Assembly: GCA_028704195.1 (NCBI GenBank)
Contig: JAQVLL010000002.1
Location: 1-24,479 of the forward strand
Source of the DNA: Smithellaceae bacterium
Lineage (GTDB): Bacteria; Desulfobacterota; Syntrophia; Syntrophales; Smithellaceae
DNA: 24,479 bases
Direction of reading: 5' to 3'
Shown: positions 15,616-22,607 of the stretch, in pieces
Position numbering within the stretch: the stretch's first letter is position 1
How the letters are laid out: every line of letters begins with the position of its first letter
Notes under the pieces: model-generated
The model's database searches: none
What the model saw: the letters and a program-made list of their open reading frames with translations, nothing else
What the model was told of the DNA's origin: nothing
Program-made: the position numbers and the translations under genes

Positions 15616-17700
15616 TTATTTTGAGTAGAAGCCCTTTCCTTCCCTGGCAAGTCTCTCGAGGAGCGGTGAGGGGGTCCAGTATTCGGCGCCGACGAGATCC
15701 CTGTACTTCAGAATCGCATCGTAAACCTTCTTCAGGCCAACCGTATCGGCATAGAACATCGGGCCGCCAAGATAAACGGGGAATCCATAACCGTTGAGCC
15801 AGACGACGTCAATGTCGAGTGGACGAGCCGCGATTCCTTCTTCCAGAATTTTCGCGCCTTCATTGATCATAGAGTAAATTGCCCGTTCGATGATTTCCTG
15901 ATCGGTGATGGTGCGGCGGGGGATCCCGACTTCCTGAGAATGCCTGATGATGAGTTCTTCAATCATCGGATCGGGCGTTGCATTGCGCTTTTCGTCGTAT
16001 TGATAGAAGCCGGAACACGTCTTCTGTCCGAAACGCCCCATCTCGCAAATCTTGTCGATGATGTTGCATGCTTTTTCCCGTGGGGTCAACGAGTCGAATT
16101 TGGCCTTACGGTTTCGCCAGCCGATATCCAGGCCGGCCATGTCGCCCATGGCATAAGGGCCCATGGGGAACCCGAAGTTGTAGATGGTCTTGTCGATCTG
16201 CCATGGTAGTGCGCCTTCCTCAAGCATGAAACCGCATTCTCGGGTGCGCCTGGCCAGCATGCGGTTGCCGACAAATCCGTCGCAGACGCCGACCAGAACC
16301 GGCACTTTGCCGATGGCCCTGCCCACTTTCATGGCGGTGGCGTAAACGTCGGGCGACGTTTTTGCGCCGCGCACGTTCTCCAGAAGACGCATCACATTGG
16401 CGGGGCTGAAAAAATGCGTACCCATGACGTCCTGCGGCCTTTTGGTAGATGCTGCGATTTCGTCGATATTCAGATAGGATGTATTGGAAGCAAGAATGGC
16501 TCCGGGCTTGCAGATGGCGTCAAGTTTGCCAAAGACTTCTTTCTTTACAGATATGTCTTCAAAAACCGCCTCGATGACCAGGTCAACATTCTTCAGGTCG
16601 TCATAGGAAAGGGTCGGTGTAATCAGCGATAAGCGCTTATCCATAATTTCCTGCTTGATTTTGCCTTTGGCAACGGTGCTCGCGTAGTTTTTCCTGATGA
16701 CGGCAAGACCCTTCTCCAGCAATTCCTGTTTGACTTCCAGAAGGACAACGGGGATCCCGGCATTGGCAAAGCACATGGCAATGCCGCCGCCCATCGTACC
16801 CGCGCCCAGCACGCCCACGGACCTGACTTCCCGTGTCGGTTGATCATCGGGCAGCCCCGGTATGCGGACAACCTCACGTTCGGAGAAGAAAACATGACGC
16901 AGCGCTCTGGACTGGTCTGATGCCTGCAATTCCAGAAATATGGCACGCTCCCGTTTCATGCCTTCGGCAAAGGGGAGCTCGGTGGCGATTTTGACAGCTT
17001 CGATGCATTTGTACGGGGCGATGGCGCCACGGAATTTGCGGGCATTGGCTTTGGCAAAATCGTCAAAAACAGAAGGGGAATCGACTCTGGCCTGTCGTTC
17101 GCTCACTTTGCGGACAGGACGTTTTTCGTCAATCACTCTTTTAGCAAAGGTAAGCGCCTCTGCTTTCAGGTCACCTTCAATGATTGCATCGAGAATGCCC
17201 ATTTCTTTGGCCCGGGTCGCCGGTACAGGAACACCGGAGGTGATCATTTCCAGCGCTGCCTGCACTCCGGCCACACGGGGCAGCCGCTGCGTTCCACCCG
17301 CGCCGGGCAGAAGTCCCAGCTTCACTTCGGGCAGGCCCACCCTTGCGGATGACACGGCTATCCGGAAATGACAGCCCAGGGGAATTTCAAGGCCTCCGCC
17401 CAGTGCCGTTCCGTGAATTGCAGCGATGACCGGTTTGGGAGAATCCTCGATGAACTGGCAGACATCCGGCAAATAAGGTTCCATGGCCGGCTTGCCGAAC
17501 TCCCGGATATCGGCGCCTGCAATAAAAGTGCGTCCCTCGCACAGGATGATCATGGCCGAAACACTGTCGTTAGCAATGCCTTTTTCCAGACCTGCCTTGA
17601 TTCCGGCACGAACGGCCTGGGACAGGGCGTTTACCGGCGGGTTGTTAACGGTAATGATCCCTATGTTTCCTTCTTTTGAAAAACGTACAGCTTCTGACAT
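15616..17700 (-). CDS. Bifunctional enoyl-CoA hydratase/3-hydroxyacyl-CoA dehydrogenase (PimF/FadB-like)
   Basis: 694 aa; crotonase domain (NPPVNAL, FIAGADI, HGTALGGGLE, LPEVKLGLLPGAGGTQRLPR) plus HACD (GAGTMGGGIA, EAVFE, ASNTS, HFFSPANVM, GFVGNRM). Collinear with Rhodopseudomonas PimF as recalled. SD AAGGAG. Confidence 0.95.
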   Translation of the reverse strand: MSEAVRFSKEGNIGIITVNNPPVNALSQAVRAGIKAGLEKGIANDSVSAMIILCEGRTFIAGADIREFGKPAMEPYLPDVCQFIEDSPKPVIAAIHGTALGGGLEIPLGCHFRIAVSSARVGLPEVKLGLLPGAGGTQRLPRVAGVQAALEMITSGVPVPATRAKEMGILDAIIEGDLKAEALTFAKRVIDEKRPVRKVSERQARVDSPSVFDDFAKANARKFRGAIAPYKCIEAVKIATELPFAEGMKRERAIFLELQASDQSRALRHVFFSEREVVRIPGLPDDQPTREVRSVGVLGAGTMGGGIAMCFANAGIPVVLLEVKQELLEKGLAVIRKNYASTVAKGKIKQEIMDKRLSLITPTLSYDDLKNVDLVIEAVFEDISVKKEVFGKLDAICKPGAILASNTSYLNIDEIAASTKRPQDVMGTHFFSPANVMRLLENVRGAKTSPDVYATAMKVGRAIGKVPVLVGVCDGFVGNRMLARRTRECGFMLEEGALPWQIDKTIYNFGFPMGPYAMGDMAGLDIGWRNRKAKFDSLTPREKACNIIDKICEMGRFGQKTCSGFYQYDEKRNATPDPMIEELIIRHSQEVGIPRRTITDQEIIERAIYSMINEGAKILEEGIAARPLDIDVVWLNGYGFPVYLGGPMFYADTVGLKKVYDAILKYRDLVGAEYWTPSPLLERLAREGKGFYSK

Positions 17701-17756
17701 GCTTAGGGTCTCCTTTTTTTATGAATGTAAACGGGGCTATTTTACTCCATTTACTT

Positions 17757-17772
17757 AGCAAATACCATACCA
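17757..17772 (-). promoter_or_regulatory. sigma54 (-24/-12) promoter of the catabolic operon
   Basis: Minus strand TGGTATG-GTAT-TTGCT matches TGGCACG-N4-TTGCW with exact GG..GC spacing, 56 nt upstream of the start, next to a divergent bEBP. Confidence 0.8.
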
Positions 17773-17813
17773 GTGAATGTTCATGGATTTATGCATTACC
17801 GAACAGGCGTCTG

Positions 17814-17864
17814 GGACTGTCCTGCCAATGATCTTTATATGTGCAACACCGGGATGGACCATCC
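17814..17864. promoter_or_regulatory. Candidate upstream activator sequences (two GGACYRTCC palindromes)
   Basis: GGACTGTCC (17814-17822) and GGACCATCC (17856-17864, within the perfect GGATGG-A-CCATCC); 42 bp apart, at about -72 and -114. Confidence 0.5.
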
Positions 17865-17890
17865 ATGCGAATCCGTTTTAGCTGACATAT

Positions 17891-17920
17891 TTGACAAAAA
17901 TGTATTTATTGTATACAATA
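17891..17920 (+). promoter_or_regulatory. sigma70 promoter of the activator (TTGACA-N17-TACAAT) overlapped by the palindrome TATTGTATACAATA
   Basis: -35 at 17891-17896, -10 at 17914-17919; perfect 14-bp palindrome at 17907-17920. Confidence 0.75.
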
Positions 17921-17965
17921 TAATTTATAGTGTATATTAAATAAACAATATGGATTGTATTCAGT

Positions 17966-19030
17966 ATGACGGGCATGAGCCATCAGCGCAAATATAAAAA
18001 AAATGAAACCGTTGGTCCGGCTGTTGCAAGGAAGGATCCCGCAGGGGAGAAGCTGGGAGCGGCATTTGACGAACTGATCGGCGCCAATGTTGCTTTTCGG
18101 GATGCCCTGATGACCGCCCAGCGGGCCGCTCAATCGGACATATCGGTTCTCATTATCGGGGAAAGCGGTACGGGGAAAGAAATTCTGGCGCGGGCCATCC
18201 ACCAGAGAAGCAGCCGCAGGGACAAGCCGCTGGTCGATGTCAATTGCGCAGCCATTCCGGACAGCCTGATCGAAAGCGAGCTTTTTGGATATGAACGGGG
18301 CGCCTTTACCGGAGCGCGCGCCGAAGGCCGAAAAGGCTATTTCGATGAGGCGCATGAAGGGACGATTCTGCTCGATGAGATCGGCGATTCCTCTTTATCC
18401 GTCCAGTCCAAATTATTGCGTGTGCTAGAATCCGGTTCCTTCAAAAGAGTCGGCGGGATGAAAAACATCAGGGTGAACGTGCGGATTATTTCTTCAACCA
18501 ACCAGGATCTTGCCGGTTTGATTGAAGAGAAAAAATTTCGTGAAGACCTTTTCTTTCGTTTGAATCCCTTCACGATTCTGCTCCCGCCGCTTCGTGAACG
18601 CATTGAAGACATCCCGCTTCTGGTTGATTATTTTTTGAAAAGCCACGATTTCGCAAGAAAGCAAAAATACAAATTTTCTCCTGATGCTTTCAGGGTCCTT
18701 CAAGGATATCACTGGCCGGGAAATGTACGGGAACTCAAAGGGGTTGTAAGCTATGCTGTGAATATGGCTCAATCGCCTTTGATTGATCCGTCGTCCCTGC
18801 CGAAATTTCTTTTTTCCGGACCGGACACGCCGCAAAATCATGGAAGGATAGTTCCTGGCGGTGTGGCCGCATCGTATAACCTTGTCGAATCGATTCGCGA
18901 TCTGGAACGTAAACTGATCACAGAAGCGTTAACCATTGCCCCAAACAAGTCGGCGGCCATTAAAATGCTGGGGATCAGCAGGAGGACCTTTTACCTGAAA
19001 CTGAAAGAATACGGATTGGATAAACAGTAA
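17966..19030 (+). CDS. sigma54-dependent activator (bEBP) with AAA+ and Fis-type HTH but no sensory domain
   Basis: 354 aa; GESGTGKE, VNCAAIP..LIESELFG, intact GAFTGA, LLDEIGD, FREDLFFRLN, WPGNVREL and C-terminal HTH; only ~30 aa precede the AAA+ domain. Confidence 0.93.
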   Translation: MTGMSHQRKYKKNETVGPAVARKDPAGEKLGAAFDELIGANVAFRDALMTAQRAAQSDISVLIIGESGTGKEILARAIHQRSSRRDKPLVDVNCAAIPDSLIESELFGYERGAFTGARAEGRKGYFDEAHEGTILLDEIGDSSLSVQSKLLRVLESGSFKRVGGMKNIRVNVRIISSTNQDLAGLIEEKKFREDLFFRLNPFTILLPPLRERIEDIPLLVDYFLKSHDFARKQKYKFSPDAFRVLQGYHWPGNVRELKGVVSYAVNMAQSPLIDPSSLPKFLFSGPDTPQNHGRIVPGGVAASYNLVESIRDLERKLITEALTIAPNKSAAIKMLGISRRTFYLKLKEYGLDKQ

Positions 19031-19037
19031 TCAAAAC

Positions 19038-19053
19038 TGGAATGACTTATGCA
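19038..19053 (+). promoter_or_regulatory. Candidate sigma54 promoter for the lyase-like gene
   Basis: TGGAATG-ACTT-ATGCA with exact -24/-12 spacing, 7 nt after the activator stop. Confidence 0.5.
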
Positions 19054-19082
19054 AAAAATTACATTATTTGACGTGGGACCCT

Positions 19083-20090
19083 ATGACCATGAATGAAAAT
19101 CGGGCATCGGCAGGCAAATCTTTCAGGAAGAATGATGCGCAGGTTACCATCGTGGAAGTATCTCCGCGGGACGGTCTGCCGGAGATCTGCAAAGGTTTAT
19201 CTACAACAGATAAAATAAAATATATCAATAAATTGTCCGAAACAGGTCTCAGGAAAATCGAGTGTGCATCTTTCATGCACCCCCGTCTTTTGCCCCTGGG
19301 CTACGATGCAGAAAAACTGATCACGGGCATTTCCAAAAAACAGGGTGTGACCTATGTGGGGCTTGTTCCGAATGAAATCGGTTGCCGCCGCGCGATGATA
19401 ACGCAAATCGATGAAATCCTGATTCTTATTTCGGCAAGCGACACATTCAACAAACTGAATATCGGCAGGACGCTGAAAGAAAGCCTCAATAAAATGCTCC
19501 CCTCCATACTGGATACGGCGGTAAAAAACTCACGCAGTGTCCGCGCTTACATGATGACCGCCTTCGGCTGCCCTTACACGGGTAAAATCAGCCCAGAAGA
19601 CATCGTGCAGTTGGTGTTAAAACTCAGTTACATGGGAGCCTCCGAAGTTGTGCTGGTCGATTCCACCGGAATGGCAAATCCCAGGTCGGTTCAAGCGATG
19701 CTCCGCGTCCTGCTGGACTTGCAGCTTGACATCAATCTGGCTGTGCATTTTCACAACACGAGAGGAGCGGCGATTGCCAACTGCATGGCCGCCTATGATG
19801 CGGGTATCCGCGTTTTTGACACGTCACTGGGCGGGATGAGTGCGACACCTTACGGGGTAAGCGAAATGGACGTCGGCAGCTGGAATGTGCCGACGGAAGA
19901 TCTGGTCCATCTGTTTGAAGAAATGGGCATTCCGACGGGAGTTGATCTTGAAAAGCTTCTGGATTGTGTCCGTATGGCAGAGCAAATGGCCAGAATGCGC
20001 CTTCCCGGTCATCTGCTGCGGGCAGGCAAGTCATCTCAGATCGTCGGGGTACCGAAGCATCTGCAGCGGCATCCCATCATGGATCAATAA
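19083..20090 (+). CDS. HMG-CoA lyase-fold (DRE-TIM) protein with altered active site
   Basis: IVEVSPRDG, KIE, FGCPYTG, HFHNTRG and NVPTEDL. Canonical RDGLQ reads RDGLP and GLGGCPY reads GMSATPY. Start is ambiguous (19068 TTG, 19083 or 19089 ATG). Confidence 0.85.
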   Translation: MTMNENRASAGKSFRKNDAQVTIVEVSPRDGLPEICKGLSTTDKIKYINKLSETGLRKIECASFMHPRLLPLGYDAEKLITGISKKQGVTYVGLVPNEIGCRRAMITQIDEILILISASDTFNKLNIGRTLKESLNKMLPSILDTAVKNSRSVRAYMMTAFGCPYTGKISPEDIVQLVLKLSYMGASEVVLVDSTGMANPRSVQAMLRVLLDLQLDINLAVHFHNTRGAAIANCMAAYDAGIRVFDTSLGGMSATPYGVSEMDVGSWNVPTEDLVHLFEEMGIPTGVDLEKLLDCVRMAEQMARMRLPGHLLRAGKSSQIVGVPKHLQRHPIMDQ

Positions 20091-20118
20091 ATCGATGCGG
20101 TTCTAAAACCGCGTCGAT
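20091..20118. terminator. Terminator hairpin between convergent genes
   Basis: ATCGATGCGGTT-CTAA-AACCGCGTCGAT, a 12-bp stem with one G-U pair; T-rich tail on the minus strand. Confidence 0.7.
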
Positions 20119-20158
20119 GATGATATTCAAAATGAAAGATGTTTATTTTGTATACACC

Positions 20159-22315
20159 CTACAGTTTCAATCCTTTTTTGATTCTCTCGAGCATGGCCTT
20201 TTCATCGTCGTCGTATGGTCCGTCCACCAGGCAGAGTCTGCGGGCAATGCTGAGGGCCTCAAATCGGTCGTCCTTGTCCTTGATCAGGACCGATAAGGTA
20301 TTGAACGCTTTATCCTCGTCAGCCTGAAGGATAGCGACCTGCTCATGCATAATTTTTTTAAATTGTGGTGCACTCAGTTTCTTGAGGACCTTGTGAGTTC
20401 TGGCGATTTCGTTGCCGATTTCAAAATGCCGTCTTTTCACGTGCTGACCGATTTTGGCAATGGCCACGTACACTCGTATTAAACCGGCGGCCAAACCTCC
20501 TTCTTCCATCGCCAGCAGGCGCTTGTCGTAATCAGCGCGCTCATGTTCCGGCAGCTCTCTGGACGGTTCTTGCGGTGCAGGCGGGAATAAACGCCTCAGC
20601 CAATCACTGCCGTAAATATTTTTAAACAGCTGCTCCTGGCTTAAGTCACGATAGTCGCGATAAATATCAAGAACATTTTCGACATATTCGGAAATAGATT
20701 TCTCCATGGCGTTAAAGGGGTTGTCTGTCGCCGCGGGCTTTCGGTTCTGCCGCGTGATCGATGCGATATTTTTAAGCGGTCGCATCAAGGGATTGATGTC
20801 GGCAAACAGGTAACGCTGGAGGCGGAGCGGATGCAGATAACGGATGACTTCCGCGGAAAGCTCCGTGGTCCAGAATTTTACCCACGGACGCGCGAGCAGT
20901 TGATAGACGTTATCATTGGCTTCGGATATTTTTGCCACCACACTGAAATCTGTTTCGTCTGTTGTTCCGTCATCATAGGCGGCTATGTCCGCAAATGTCC
21001 GCGGCTCAAAATGAGTGGTGAATTTGCCGCTCATGACATCGCCTTCGATCACCATTTCGTAAAGGCCGGGGCTCAAGAAATCAATCATGTCAAAATTGCC
21101 AATGATCTCGTTGTGTTCTTTTTTGGCTACGGATCCCGCAACAAAAATTCCCAGATGGCCGATTTTTTCATGGACAATGTAGATGATGACCTGCCCATGC
21201 CTTTTGATGTCTTCCACGGAGGAATAAACGCGGGGAATCCAGTTGAGCGCCTGCTGGGTAGGGGTGATGTTGTCACCCTGCGATGCGAAAACAATAATCG
21301 GACTTTCGATATTCTTCAGGCTGATCTTCTGACCTTCCTGCAGCTCAAGCTGTCCCTGTTCCAGTTTGTTGCCGACAAAAAGGTTTCGGACGATATAGTG
21401 GATTTCGTCGGTGTTCATCATGAAGAAACCGCCCCACCATTTTTCAAAGTTGAGATATCGATCCTCCTCCTTATCCACCTGCGAATAAACATTGTACTGC
21501 TTGGTCCAGAATGTGTTGGACGGATTGAGCAGCTCCATGTTCAGAACCAGGTTGGCGCCGTCAAAAACTCCGTTGCCAAGATCACTGAAAAAGGAATTGA
21601 CCCAGACGCCGCCTAACAGACCGCCTTTGTAGCGCATGGGATTGACTCCTTCGACTCCGCTCCAGTAAGACAAGGGCGCGCCGTTCAGCACCAATGGTCC
21701 CGCGACATCGGGTCGGTCCGCACAAGCCAGTGCCGCTGCCCAACCCGCCTGGCAGTTACCTATAATGGCCGGGGCGTCTGCTTCAGGGTGTAATTCGACC
21801 ACTTTCTCAATGAACGTTTCGATGGCTTCAATCACATCCGCCATGGTCTGTCCGGGGATAGGGTCCGTATAAAAGAGGATAAAATAAACCGGGTGGCCGT
21901 GTTCGAGCGCCATGCCGATTTCCGAATCGCGCTTGGACCCGCCGATCCCGGGACCGTGGCCGGCGCGGGGATCAATAATCACAATGGGCCGTTTTGGCCT
22001 TGTTACCCGTTCCCTGATCTTGTCCCGGCGATCGTCGACAACCTTTTGGATGTCGGCGCGGCGGCGGTCGGAAATTTTGACCAGTGCGTAATTGGCGGGT
22101 CGTTCAAAATTCTTGGCGTTAAGGATCATTTCGTAATTATACGTCAGCACCGGCGGCTGGCCGCTGCGGAGATGTTTGATGTAATTGTTGCCTCTTTTGC
22201 GTAAAATATCCGTGAAAATGATGGACCGCTGCAGGGAATCCACCATGTATTCGCCCAGATGCTTTTGCCAGTCGGACCACTGTGCGGTTTGATCATCACC
22301 GGTTTGTGTATCCAT
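20159..22315 (-). CDS. DUF3141-family PHA-synthase-like alpha/beta hydrolase
   Basis: 718 aa; DPRAGHGPGIGG, Cys nucleophile box GNCQAGW, GAPLSYWSG, NPSNTFWTKQY, FEKWWGG, ASQGDNITP and GHLGIFV (Cys-Asp-His triad). SD AAGGAG. Confidence 0.85.
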   Translation of the reverse strand: MDTQTGDDQTAQWSDWQKHLGEYMVDSLQRSIIFTDILRKRGNNYIKHLRSGQPPVLTYNYEMILNAKNFERPANYALVKISDRRRADIQKVVDDRRDKIRERVTRPKRPIVIIDPRAGHGPGIGGSKRDSEIGMALEHGHPVYFILFYTDPIPGQTMADVIEAIETFIEKVVELHPEADAPAIIGNCQAGWAAALACADRPDVAGPLVLNGAPLSYWSGVEGVNPMRYKGGLLGGVWVNSFFSDLGNGVFDGANLVLNMELLNPSNTFWTKQYNVYSQVDKEEDRYLNFEKWWGGFFMMNTDEIHYIVRNLFVGNKLEQGQLELQEGQKISLKNIESPIIVFASQGDNITPTQQALNWIPRVYSSVEDIKRHGQVIIYIVHEKIGHLGIFVAGSVAKKEHNEIIGNFDMIDFLSPGLYEMVIEGDVMSGKFTTHFEPRTFADIAAYDDGTTDETDFSVVAKISEANDNVYQLLARPWVKFWTTELSAEVIRYLHPLRLQRYLFADINPLMRPLKNIASITRQNRKPAATDNPFNAMEKSISEYVENVLDIYRDYRDLSQEQLFKNIYGSDWLRRLFPPAPQEPSRELPEHERADYDKRLLAMEEGGLAAGLIRVYVAIAKIGQHVKRRHFEIGNEIARTHKVLKKLSAPQFKKIMHEQVAILQADEDKAFNTLSVLIKDKDDRFEALSIARRLCLVDGPYDDDEKAMLERIKKGLKL

Positions 22316-22337
22316 AGAGATTCTCCTTGCAGTGCGT

Positions 22338-22390
22338 TAATTATTGATAATTATTAATTGTACCTTATCGATGTATCAGGCGGTTGTCAA
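22338..22390 (-). promoter_or_regulatory. sigma70 promoter of the DUF3141 gene (TTGACA-N17-TAAGGT) with an AT-rich palindrome at the start site
   Basis: -35 at 22390-22385, -10 at 22367-22362; TAATTAT-TG-ATAATTA at 22338-22353. Confidence 0.55.
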
Positions 22391-22607
22391 GACGGTAAAG
22401 ACGTTAATGCCCGGACGGCGAGGTGTTGAAGAGGACGAAGTTTTGTGGCCGGCCGGGTATCCTTCTCACCACGGGAAGGGCATTTGTGTATGGGGCATCA
22501 GGAGGGGTTTTGTCCTACGGCCGGATCCTTTTATACTCATGGAAAATTCAGAAAAGTTCTGTTAAGAACAATAAAAATGCTTTCAATCATCTCAAAGTGG
22601 GAAAAAT

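Noticed and set aside
7532-17758. Many 60-200 aa ORFs antisense to or overlapping the catabolic genes
   Set aside because: Expected shadows in GC-rich coding DNA; every segment is explained by a recognisable minus-strand enzyme.
20148-20157. TTGTATACAC resembling the operator at 17907-17920
   Set aside because: Lies between two stop codons, with no promoter to control.
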